From Peribolospora baueri (taxonomy: Eukaryota), in NCBI GenBank assembly GCA_029717555.1, contig JAMDHS010000036.1, forward strand, positions 1-64,000: DNA of 64,000 nt, read 5' to 3'. The translations under genes were made by a program, and so were the position numbers. The notes below the pieces were generated by a model that was not told the DNA's origin, did not search any database, and saw only the letters and a list, made by a program, of their open reading frames with translations. Positions 13,100 to 26,807 of this stretch are shown here, piece by piece; positions within the stretch are counted from its first letter, which is position 1; every line of letters begins with the position of its first letter.

Positions 13100-15310
13100 A
13101 TGACATCGTCTTCCCCCTCCAGCTCTTCCACGACGCCGACGCCGACGCCGACACCGACACCGACACCGGCACCGGTACATCCGCCGGCAGCCGTCGTTGT
13201 GCCAGAACGACGATCGTCCGTCTTCCGACGCGGTGGCGCCCAGAACGGCAGCACGGACGATGGGAACAAGGACGGCGACGTGTCTGCAGAGGACGGTGGC
13301 GAGCAGCGAGCACTGGCAGAGGGGCCTTCCACTTTACCGGCTCGGACGGAGAAAGGGAGCGAAGCCATCGCGCAGGCACCGCCACAGGCTCCCGTCGAAG
13401 CAGCTCTGCAAGCGACGATGACAAAGACGACGAATGCAAGTCGGAAGGGGAGCAGCAGTTGGACAAGGAGCGAATGGTGGCCCGGTCCGTTTTGCACGAG
13501 GCAGATGATCTATCTGCTAGTCATGCAGACTTTTGCACCCATGTTGCTGGACGGTGCTGCGAATTTGTGCGTTGGTTCGTCGACTTGGGCTGTTGTTTGT
13601 TGACTTTGTGTGTGGGAGACCCGCGCTCAGCGAGGATCGCGGGCGGCGGTCGTTGGCGTACCACGAACAGATGGTTCGGGACGGTGGACTGACCACATCT
13701 TTTGGTGTGCCGAATCGCGTCTGCTCCTAGACAGCGGTGTCGCCGTTGCACTCTACCGTCAGCGCAACGTCGTCAAGCTCTGGCCTTTCCCCGACCAGAC
13801 CGTGGCGGGTGACATGGGGTAAGTCCCGTATTGGCTGGGCGCGATGCATCAAAGGCCCCCCCCCCCCCGCGAGAAGCTCATCAGAACCCCTTTCCTCTCC
13901 TTGGCCTATCCGCCCGTCCTGGCAGCGTCACTGTGATAATCCAGGGTGTAGCAACCTTCCTAATAGTCTCATCCCTCGTCCACCATGACCTTCGCCACAA
14001 CTCGGGCATGCACAAACCCGGACACGATGCGCACCCACCCATTCCCTCCCTCACTCACGTCTGGCCTCCGTTGCAACACCTTCCTTCCAAGCCTTTTTTG
14101 GACGCCGACGAAGAAGCAGACATGTTGGGCCAGGGGGACGAGGAGAAAGGCGGGGAAAAGGGCACAGATCGAAGGAAGAGGGTGGGCGGCGGGAGATTGC
14201 AAAGGTGGGCTCGCCAGGCGAGCCATCTCTGCAGATGGGCGGCTCGGAAATGGTTGATGGGTAGCGAGGAGAACGACTTGTTCGACAGCGGGTTGGGATT
14301 CAAGGTGCGGGCGAGAAGGCTAACTTGGAGCGCTTTGCAGGGCTTGGGGATCTCTTGCCTCTTCTTTTTCCTCATTTGGTGAGTGCTAAGCGCCGGCGAT
14401 GGCCATCTTGGATCTTTTGCGTGCGTGCTCTTTCGACGCTGACAGTTCACCCCCCCTCCTTCTGCGCTTAGGCCCATCGGCATCGCCATCGTAGCCCCGA
14501 TCTATCGCAACCATAATCTTGCTGGCACTTGGGTTCCTATGGTGAGCGACAAGGAGCGCCTTCGCCCCCATCTTCTAACCTATTCTCAGCACGTCGCTGA
14601 CGATACTCTGCCTGCTCGTATCGGGTCGGCTCGAACTCGAGTAGATCATCAAGCTCATCTATGGAGCCGTTTACGGTGTGATCATCAACCCCTTCGTCAC
14701 TCTGTTGGCCATGGGCTCGCCTTACGCCGTCGCTCGCACACGGGAGCAACTACCATGGTGGCGTGGCGAGACGGACGAAGACCGGCATCTTGGAGAGGAG
14801 GCGGAGGACGCAGGACACGCGGACGACACGCCTCAACATGACCCGGACGTTTCACCAGACATGTCGACAGCCGCCGGCGCGCCCACCTCTTCGCGCGCTA
14901 CGCCGTCCGCGGAGGCCAGTGCTGCCGATATGAGCACAGTTCGGCGGAAAGACCATGCCGTTGAGACCAACCGCGGGAATCGAGGGTCCACTCTTTCTAC
15001 CCGCCCCATTCTCTCCCTCTCCGCGCGTCCTTCCACAGACTGCCAATCCGAACTGCCCTCGCCCTCGCCCGCCTCCGCTGGCGGCGGGACTCGTAGTCCG
15101 CTACAGAGTCACCAGCGGTGGAGTGCTCTGAGCGAGGATCCCGTCGGACCCGTCATTACCGAGGCTACCATCGAAGAAGGCTTGGAAGCCGAGACGGCGC
15201 CAGCGACGGAGGAGGCGGACGTGGCGCCGGAGACGGACACAGAAGCTGAGACGGTCGAGTCGCATGGCCGGAACGACGGGTTTGTGGACGCCTTGGAAGA
15301 GCAGCGATGA
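13100..15310 (+). CDS. Uncharacterised fungal multi-pass membrane protein with disordered termini
   Basis: Spliceable exons give hydrophobic segments QMIYLLVMQTFAPMLLDGAANF-GVAVALY, TVAGDMG-VTVIIQGVATFLIVSSLV, ALQGLGISCLFFFLIW-PIGIAIVAP and IIKLIYGAVYGVIINPFVTLLAMG. The start codon is uncertain. Confidence 0.7.
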
Positions 15311-16133
15311 GCCTGCGTTGACCGCGGAGACCGGATGTCGGTGCTATTTTATCTTCTTCTACTTTTTTTGGATTACCCCGTCGAATGTGGTCGTTTTACC
15401 CGTTCGCCAAGCGGCGACGTTTTCTTCCCTTCCTGCCTGTCTCGCTAAAATTGCCGTCCGCTGCCGTAACGTACACTCATAGTTCTTCCTACGGTTATTT
15501 TTTTTTTACTTACGCTAGCCTATTCTATGCCACTTTCCCGGTCCGGACTAGTCCGACTGGGGTGCTTTAATGTGCCGTCACATCCTGTGCGGCGCGGCAC
15601 GATCGCCGAAGTGCGATGCCTTGCCCCATCCCATGTAGACAATTATAATGTACCGGCGGCGGAGAAAGTCAGCCCTCGAGAGGCTAATGAAAGCGCGGCG
15701 GCCGAACGGCCCCTGCGTCGTGCCCACCTACAGCTGCGTGCGCCCTGTTCTCCGCATCGGATTGCACGCATGGTATTCTTTGATGGGACGAGCCTTCACC
15801 GCGGACACGGGAAATAAATGACAATGATGGAACGAACGGGCTGCGAAGACACTGGATGCGACCGACGCGAGTGGACCGAATGCCGTCCGTCGTTTGAAGG
15901 GGAACAGGTCCCTCACCGACGATGCCAATAGATATACCGGACATCAGGCCGAAGAGGATACTGAACGAGAGCACGAGAAAGATGGACAGATAGATATATA
16001 GATTGATAGATAGGCGAGATTTGGTTTCCGAGAAAACGTGGGTTTCGTAGAACGCGGGGGTGATCCGCCAAGCATGACCGAATGAAGGAGACTGACGAGA
16101 AAAGAGAGATGGGAACAAGACACCTCCGATCTC

Positions 16134-17768
<1,635 letters not shown>

Positions 17769-18040
17769 TTCGAGAGACGTGTGTGGGGATTGAGCGGAAA
17801 GGATGGTGGGGAGGCGGACGGGGGTTGGTGCAGAAGGGGGAATGAGAGAGGGGAAAGGGCGAGATAGCCTAGGGCAGGTGCGGAGGAGGAAAGGGGGCGA
17901 TTAGTATGGCAATGTTGTGCGAAGGTCGCACGAGTGCCAATCTTCCGCTTCTTCCGCGACACGTGAGAAGAGAGATAACGCCGCAGTCATGTCATCGCCA
18001 GGAACCACGGGCGACTTCTCATCGACGTCCACCACCCACC

Positions 18041-19588
18041 ATGTCCGCCTCTTCCGTGCCCTCTGCACCCGCCGCACTCCGCCGTTTCCTCTCCGGTGCC
18101 CCCTTTGCGCCCTCTCTCTTCTCCTTCCCTCTACCCCGCACGCCTTCTACTTCTCGGCTCACCTTCCGCAGATACTTCCGCTCCGGTCGTCTTCCCAGCT
18201 ATGGCCTCGTCTCTGTTGTCCCCGGCTGCAAAGTGCCTCGACGTGCTCCTGCAACCAAGAGACATATGAGTGTTTGGCCACCTGGGCAGCGAGACAGCAT
18301 CGATGCTACAGAGGAAGATTTGAGAAAGGAGATGGCAGAGATGGAGCACACCGAAGCCCAGGGAGAGGGAGATCACCACATTCTCGAGTCCGCATCGCCG
18401 ATTAATATCTGCTCTCCCGGAGGTTCATCCGAGTCGAGGGCGAACGAAATCCGTCTCTTTTCTCATCAAAACGGACCCAGGGAGGTTCCTTCGCGCCCCC
18501 AAAAGCGGCCGCCAGTGAAGAGGACGATCATGCACCTGCAAAAGTTGAAGCAGGAGAGCACGCCGATGTGGGTTGCCTCCGCCCGTCGTTATCCGTCTTC
18601 CTTCGTGTCTTTTGTTTATGCGGCCTAATACCTCGTATTTTCTCCTTCTCCGCATTTAACTACGGACAGTGTCTGTCTGACCGCTTACGACTACCCCTCG
18701 GCGCTGGCCGTGCGCTCGGCGCCGGTCGACCTGTGCCTGGTTGGCGACTCGCTCGCCAACGTGGCGCTTGGTTTCTCCTCGACCACCTCGCTCACCCTTC
18801 CCGCACTTATCCATCATGCCCGAGCGGCCGTCCGCGGGCTCTCGTCCACTTTACTCCCTTCGCCGACTCCTTTCGTCGTCGCAGACCTCCCTTTCGGCAC
18901 TTTCGTCTCCTCCGTGGAGAGCGGTTGCCAGGCGGCTGTTGAGATCGTGCGAGAGACGGGCGTGGAGGCGATCAAGGTCGAAGGTGGCGATGAAGTTGTC
19001 CCCCTCATCCGTCGCCTCACCCAGTTCGGCATCCCCGTCATGGCGCATGTTGGCCTTCAACCCCAGCGCGCGGCGTCCACCTCTGGCTTCCGCGTTCAAG
19101 GCCGCGACGCCGCGTCTGCGCTGGATATCGCACATCAGGCGAAAGAGCTGGAGCGTGCGGGCGCCTTTGCCATCGTGCTCGAGTGCGTGCCTTCCAAGCT
19201 CGCAGAGTGGATCACCGCGCGGTGCAGAGTACCGACGATCGGCATCGGCGCCGGCAGCGCGACGGACGGCCAGATCCTCGTTCTCCAAGACATGCTCGGC
19301 GCGCTCACCAGCCCTGAATCGGTTCTTTGGGACGGCCCTTCCACGTCGTCCACCTCCTCTTCCCACGCACCAAGCCCGTCTCCGTCCGCCGATCTTCTCC
19401 CCCCGCCACACCCTTTTGCGCCCAAGTTTGTCCGGCGGTTCGCCTCGGTGGGAGAGATGAGCAAGCACGCGGTGAGGGAGTACGCTCGGACCGTCGTGTC
19501 GAGAGAATATCCGTCCGAGGCGAAGGGGGAGAGCTACAAGATGCCTACGGAGGAGTGGAGGAAGTTTTTAGAGTCGGCCCAATGGTAG
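18041..19588 (+). CDS. ECM31: 3-methyl-2-oxobutanoate (ketopantoate) hydroxymethyltransferase, PanB family, probably mitochondrial
   Basis: CLTAYDYPSA, LVGDSLA, VVADLPFG, AIKVEGG, MAHVGLQPQ, IVLECVP, TIGIGAG, PKFVRRF. The N-terminus is R/S-rich and presequence-like. One intron at about 18568-18669. Confidence 0.95.
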
Positions 19589-19717
19589 GCCGGGACTCTT
19601 GTCTCAGGTCGGGGGCAGGGAAGGTGGGGGGCTGCTGTGGAAAAGACGAAAAAAAAAGTGGAAGAAGACGCTTGGAGGTTGAGGCCTTCAGAGAGGGTCA
19701 GGTGTCAAAAAAAAAAA

Positions 19718-19815
19718 GAAGAAGAGGAAGAGGAAGAGGAAGAGGAAAAGAATAAGGGCGACCAGCTCTATTGCGTAATAATAATAATAATAATAACAAT
19801 AACGATAACAATAAC
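19718..19815. repeat. (GAGGAA)n and (AAT)n simple repeats
   Basis: gaagaggaagaggaa... and taataataa... runs between the convergent ECM31 and chitin synthase 3' ends. Confidence 0.85.
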
Positions 19816-20377
19816 GACATGGTGCCGCTGTGAAGGATACGAGCGTTTCTTAGCGTCGAAATGGTTTTTTCGATGACCATGACCCGGCCAGGAGCACGGG
19901 TAACGGGGGGGAGGGGGAGGCGACGGGGGGTTTGCACTGTTTGCATTTCCTTGCTTTTTGCTGTTCCGACGATCAGACACGATCAGACACGATACGTACG
20001 ATACGAGGAAGGAGTCGAATCGACCGTTGCGGGTAGTATAAGTTGGGCCCTCCAAAAAATATCAACATTTGGACTGGCAGATGGAATACCTGAAAGCGAA
20101 CGAACGAAGGACGGAGGAAAGGAAAGTGAGAGTTGAAAAGAAGGTAGGGACACTAGGGGACGTGGTGGACGTGGACCCGAAGGAAGGGAAAGGGATGGAT
20201 GGAGTAGAGCAAAGTGTACTGTATGTAGGTTGATGCGACGTGTCCATGGTTGAGGCATGCGAGCTAAAACGAGGATACCGGCAATGGTACGTGAACACAG
20301 AGGGACGGAAGCACAAGAGAGAAAGAGCGAGCGCCAAGACGGAAAATGCCGGCGAGAGACGAGGGGCAAAGGGAACA

Positions 20378-23300
20378 TTAATGTCTCCGCGAAGGACCGA
20401 GGTGGCCTTGGGAAACGTTAAACTCGGGCGTCAGCGGTCCGAGCGGGCCGTAGTCGGCATCCTCGCCTTCCATGAGCGCCGATTGGCTGCCCGACGTCAA
20501 GCTCCTCCCCGTCGTCCCTTGCGTCACATACCCGTATCCTCCGCTCCGCTTCCTTGCGTGCCCGCTCCCGGTCCCCGAACCAGACTCTATCGCAGACGTT
20601 TGCCCTCGCGGCGCCTGCGCCGGCGAACCGCTGCCCCTGGGACTCGATTGGCTCGACGATCGTTGCAGCGGAGCGTAGCCGCCGTGGTGAACGGCGGGAG
20701 GCTGCTGGACAGGGCCGTCAGACAGCTGGTACTTCTGTGGCGGTCCGTTCGGTCCCCAGCCGGTAGGGAAGTTGGGCGAGCTCTGATTGGAGGTAGACCG
20801 CGACCCCTCGTCGTCATCGTCCCAGCCCTGATCCAGCATCTCGATCATCTCCGCAGCGTTGACCTGCCGGGCGCCGGGCGCGACAGAGTGCCGGATCACT
20901 TGCGGCGGTGGCGGTCGCGAGTGGGGATCGTGCTCGTTGTAGACGCCGATCTGCATTCCAAACTGGTCGTCGTCGGCGCTGAACAGCGAGTCCGACTCCT
21001 CGTCGTTGAAATCGCTCCGGCTGTCCGTGCGACTCGGCGCGAGCGTGTTGTCATCCTCGAACGACGCGTCTCCATCGCCACCGCCGCCGTGGAACTTGCG
21101 ACTTCCAAACGCCCGCTCCAACTCTCTCCGTCGCTTCTCCTCGCGTGTGAGTTTGCGCAACCGCGAACGCTCCCAATCCTCCCATCTGCGCAACGGCACC
21201 GAATTGGTCACGAACGTGCCGTCGCTGCCGGCGTGAGAATCCCCCTTTTGCTCGCCTTCCACTTTGCTGCAAGACGGCGAAAAGTCCGGGCGTAAGACGG
21301 ACATGGACGAGTCAGCAAAAGAAAGCGAGAGATCGACATATATTTCCACGACCCCAACCGAAAAAGTGGTGGGGAGGGAAAGGAAGAAAGAAGAAGAAAA
21401 AAAAACTTCAAAGGGATCGAATGCCAGTACTCACCGCGTCTCTCCCCAGGAGAAATCATCAAAGTGCCAAAAAGCGTAGACGGGGAGGACAAAGTTCCAA
21501 ACGGGGAGAGCGATGAGATAGATGATCATCCAGAGGACATAGACGACCTTGCGCGTGGCGAGGAGGATGAGGACGGCAGGAAGGCCGATGACGGAGCAGA
21601 GGAGGACGAGCGGGATGGCCTCCTGAAAGTTGCGCGGCGGATGGAGGGCGTAGTTGATGGCGAGGGCGTAGGTGAGGCTGATGGCGACGGGCAGGACAGT
21701 GGTGCCGATGAGGTCCATGAAGACGACAAACTGCATCGAGAAGCAGAACGTGCCGCACAGGTCGCGCACGAGGACAAGCTCCATGAGGTTGTGGATCGTC
21801 GAGTTGATCCATCGGCGGCGCTGGGAAAGGAGCACTCTGAACGAGTCCGGTACCACCGTCCTGCACCGAGCCTTGGGACAGAACAGCATTTTTCGGTTCG
21901 GGAACGTCCGCAAGAGGAGTGTCGTCAAGAATCGATCCTCTCCGAGGAGAAGCAGGTTCTTTTGGTGGAGCGTGGCGACCGTGTTCTGGGAGTAGTCCTT
22001 CACCACCTCGGGTTTGGTGATGATCGGAACCCATTCGTCGTCGTCCGTTTTGCGCGCTTTGAGGCGATACATGGAGAAACAGCCAGGAAGACAGGTGACA
22101 CCACCGAAGACGGACTCGAAAGCCTTTGCCAAGCTGCGAGGGAAATGAGGACGATATGAGCCTTGGGCAAACGAGGTCGCGCTGATGTACGCGGGCGGAC
22201 GGACCACACTCACTGATGGGAGATGAAATACTCGTACACCTGAATCATGGTGACCCACGAGTCTCGCTTGTTGGCGATGCGAGTCTCACCGCAAACGCCC
22301 ATGATGAGGTTATCGTGGAGCATGGTGTTGACGAGGACGGTCATCGAATCCGGGTATACCTTGGTATCGGCGTCGACCATGAGGCAAATCTCGAAAAAGT
22401 CCGGCGTGACGCCCATGAGAGCGTGCATCTTGCGGAACAGGTCAAAATCGAGGGGCGTCATGCGGTCGTTGTAGGTGACGCGAGAGAAGAAGTGCATGAG
22501 GATGAGCTGCGAGTCGCGCTTGCCCCTGTTGCCGGCCTTTGCGCCGGTGGCTTCCTCGGGCGTGCCGCACTTGACGACGACGATCATGGGCGTCCGGTGG
22601 CCCTTGGCGCGCGTGTAGTGACCGGCGTAGACCATGGCCATGTTGTGCTGCTTCTTACCCTGCGCCACCGCGACGTAGCTCATGGGCATCGGCGTGCCGA
22701 ACCTCGGATCCGCATCGAGCATGCCGACGCAAATGTCCGGCGTGCTGACCGTCTCGCCGCTACCGGTGATCATGCCGTCGGCGACGACGAAGAGCAGCTT
22801 TCGCGAATCCGAGTACGTCGTCCCGGCGAGCGAGTCGAGCGTGTTGGCGATCCCTTCCTGCCCCTCCGAGTAACACGTCACGAGGGCGATCGTGAAGGGC
22901 TCAGCGCCGATCTCCTCGACGCTCATCCCGCTTGGACCGGAGCTGGTGCTACCGGACGCGAAGAGCGTGCTGTTGGACGGCACGTCGAGCATGCTGTTGC
23001 CGCCGCCCTTGCGCAACTTGGTCTGCGGCGGACGCTTCCTGTTGGACCAAGGCGCGGCTCCGTTCATGTTGTTGATTTCCACGTTGGCACCCTCGGGCAT
23101 GACGTTGTGAGGAACGGCGTTAAGGGCGACCCTGGGCGTTCGCGCCATGCGGGCGACCTGGAACCAGCTGAACCAGATGGCCATGATGAAGCGAGCGAGG
23201 ACGATGCCGAGGATGATGACGAGGGAGGAGTAGAGGAAAATCTGAGCCACCACACAACCGGGTGTCGTCTTATCGATCCGGCCGGCCAGGTACCGTTGCT

Positions 23301-24395
23301 CCAAGCATGCCACCGCCTTTTGCGTCTCGGCGCGGTTGTAGAAGAGTCGGGTGGCGTCCTTGCCGCCGGAGATGTCGGCGGTGGAGAGCACGTAGCGGAT
23401 CGTCGAGTCGACGAGGTCACCCGAGATGGGACTGGGGTTGGCGTTCACGTAGGGCGAGAGGTTGAGCACGTTGCCGTCGATGACCAGGTGGTTGACCGCA
23501 GTGGCGACTTGATTCCACGAGTACCCGACCATCTTGCTGCTGTTCTGCATTCCGAGCTTGTTGAGGTTCTGTGCATTCAGCGGACCCAGCGGGCAGCTCG
23601 GATTTATCCCGGTGGACGGGTTGACGCTGCCAGGGCAGGAGGTGACCGTGGCGTAGGCTGCGGTGATGCCGCTGCACTTGGGGTACAACGAGCTGTCGAG
23701 GGAAAACAAGGTAGTGACGTCCTGGCCCGAGTTATTGCTCGAAACCTGATAAAGGTCGGGGCCGCCGGTATTGGGCAGCCTTGCAGCGGAGATGTTCATG
23801 GACCAACCGTGAACGCCGAGCATGCCTGAGGGAGGGAAGGCGGTGGGTGAGAAGAAGGCGCGGAGAAAGAGAATGGAGAGCATGCATGAATGCACGCTCT
23901 CCCTCCAAAGGTGCTCCGCCCGCGCAAAGGGGACTCACCGGGACTAGAGGCCATAGTAATAACTTCTTGTGAAGAGATGGTGGCCGTCTCTGGACAGAGG
24001 GCGACGTTGAGGCCCATGGTGGCAAAGCCGACAAAGGCACCGAGGACGAGGGCGATGAAGCAGAGAGCGACTTTTTCCCTCCATGCCTGCTGGCTCGCGG
24101 AATCCTTGAGGCTATTGAAGCTAGAGAGGACAAAGCTGGGGGCCCAGAAGGTGACGAGGCGAGAGAAGAGAACCCAAGGAGAGAACCAGGCGGGCTTGCG
24201 GTCGGCGTTGGCGACGACTAGCGTGGTGTCGGGGTTGATCAGCGGAGGTTGCTTGACGGCTCGGTCGGGGCGAGTGAGCGTCTTGGAGCGTCCGATTCGA
24301 GTGCCAGAGCGGGCGGTCGTCGGCGTACGGAGCGGCGGGGCGCGAGGGGACGGTGTCGGCACATCATCGGTGTACCCTGCCCACTTATGTGACAT
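20378..24395 (-). CDS. Chitin synthase, class IV (Chs3-like, division 2)
   Basis: [51 protein letters not shown], catalytic LGEDRFLT and [17 protein letters not shown]. No myosin head is present. Confidence 0.95.
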
Positions 24396-26807
24396 GACAG
24401 CGCGGAGGGATGATCAAGGAGAAGAGAGGTAGGTGGGTGGAAGGAAGAGGGTGACCCGGTGGGCCGAGAAGTGGAAAGGAAGGTGGATAAGACGGACCCG
24501 GTGGGCCGACGTCGGTGTCCACGACACGCCGTGTCGTCCTGGCGTCGGATAGATACAGCGATAGACACGTGAGGGCGGCAAGTGGAGGAGAGTCCAAAAG
24601 GTTAGGGCCTGGTTGTCGAAGCGGCGGAGAGAGGGGTATTGGCGCTTGCTCGACGTGAGAGTGGGCCTGGAGGCGGGCGAAGCAAAGGAGGGTGTAGGGC
24701 GCCGGAGGGTGAAGCGAGCGTCGGGGGGACGAGGGAGGAGGAAAGAGGGTGAGGTGAAGCAAGCGGGTGCTGGTCCGTCGCCGGTGACGGGGAGGGGGAG
24801 GTGGAAGAAGAAGGGACGAGTAGGTGGTGGTGGTGGTGGTGGTGGACGAGAACTGCGAGGCGCTCCGTCGCGGCGGGCGAAGCGGAGAGCAGAGAGAGCA
24901 CTGACCGTCTCGTCCTGGCCCAGGCCTGGTCTGGCGTGTCCAGCCGCAGCAGGCCCATCATTCCCTCCGTCGTCCGCGTGTGGCCGCGTATGGCCGCCTG
25001 TGTCGTCGCTCTGCTCGCCCGATTCGCACGTTTCCTTCCACCCTCGCTGCATGCCTGCCGCCGCCCAAGACGAGACGAGCCGCTGGGCCTGCACCCATTC
25101 AGGCACCGAATCCCCTCCAATTTACCCTTCCTTCCTTGTCTTCTTGCCTTCCTCGTTCACTCCGTCGCCATGGCCACACATAACATAGAGCGAGGAATGT
25201 TAACTAGCTAGTCACAAATGCACAAATTGGCCCCACCTCGCCGCTTCTACGCCCATCCACACCCATCAACAAGGGCCCAATTCCGGGATGGCACGTTCAC
25301 CTCTCCGTCCGCCGGCGGCGGCGTCTCGACGGCGGCAACTCCAGCTCCAGCAGCTCCCTCCACCGGCGGCAACCGATCCTGCGTCCCTTCCGCCGAGGGC
25401 TTGGCGGGCCTGTGGGTAGCGTTAAGTAACGTGTACACAAGTACATGTACATGTTTATTAGACACCTCCTCGTTCTCGTACGCCCACGCTGAGTTGAGCG
25501 GGGCGCGCCGGGGCCGTGGCTGTCGTCGGCACGGTCCAGACCCCGCCTGTCGTCCGTCCGACCCGCACGGCGTCCCCCGACCGGCGTCCGCTCGTCCGTC
25601 ACACACACACAGACTCACAGTCACAGTCGCGTAGCATCGTATCGTCGCTGGCCAGCCGTCGCGTGACTTTCGCAGGCGCGAAGTGAATGGGATTCACAGG
25701 TGTGGACCTGTCGGTCGAAGGAAGCATCGATGGATGGATGGGTAATTGGTAATGGGTAACGGGGTGCTCCTCTTGACCACTACCGCACGGCGAATCCTGT
25801 CCTTCGTCGGTCCGTCCATCCTCTCCCTCTCCCCTGTGGAGACCCATGCCTCGAGCCGGACGGAGACCGCCCTTCTATCTCGCCTGGCAGGTGACCCATC
25901 TCGCCGCCATCGTCCAACTTTCCTTCCTACATAACCCTGCGCGCCTGCCTCCCCGTCGTTCGTCCACCAGAGTTATCTGAGGCCCCTTCGGAATCGATTC
26001 TCGTTTGGAATGCCTTCATTCAACGACCAGAGCACCACGAACCGTGGCCGTCGGCTCGCTGCATCTCCACGGACAGTTCAAGGCTGTCAAGCCGAGAGGC
26101 GAGGCAGTCCTGCCGACCGTGACCGGGCATGACTTCTTGCGGCCGCGGTGGCGCACAGCGTCATCGGCTCTGTCTACTACAACTATCTTTGAAGCCCTGT
26201 TTATGAACGACGTATTAGGTATGCGCCGGCCAATACAAAGCCTCGCGACCCGACGTGCCGCAGCGACCGGGCTCCGCGCCCTGGCGCGCACGCGCGAGCG
26301 GTGAAACGGGTCGGTGGCCGTCGTTCGTTCGGTCGGTCGGTCGGTCGCGTCGGGTCGGTCAGTCGGTCGTGGTGTCGTCTGTCTGTCTGTCTGTCGCCTC
26401 CACATACGACTACCACTACCACTACCACCCACCCCCGCCTCTTTCTTTCTCCTTCCCTTGTTATCCTCCCTCCCTCCCTCCTCTCTTCCTTCTTCGACAT
26501 TCAACCCCCCATCTTGAGCCTCATCTCACCGTTCACCTCTTGTCGTCGCCACCCTCCCCGCCTTCGCCTTCCCCATCGCCCCGTTTCACGCGGTGGCGAC
26601 ACCGACGAACACCGCTCCTTCCCGCCGGTTCGTCGCGTCGTCGGCCGCGTCCACGACGGTCTGGCCGTCGCCACCGACGCCGGCGTAAAAGGAAAGGAAC
26701 GATAGAAAGAACGAAAGAACAAAAGAGCGATATCTAGCAAAATTCAGTAGGCCTCCCGACAACCCTTCTGCCGGTGGCCGCCAGTAGTCTCTTCTTTCAC
26801 CCCCGTC

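Noticed and set aside
12412..13497. 361-aa minus-strand ORF
   Set aside because: It is antisense to the membrane-protein gene and its upstream region, in GC-rich stop-poor sequence.
22216..23829. 537-aa plus-strand ORF
   Set aside because: It is the antisense shadow of the GC3-rich chitin synthase exon and has no independent motifs.
26325..26430. GTCG/GTCT/CAC tandem runs as a CRISPR-like array
   Set aside because: These are simple microsatellites with no repeat-spacer structure, in a eukaryotic context.
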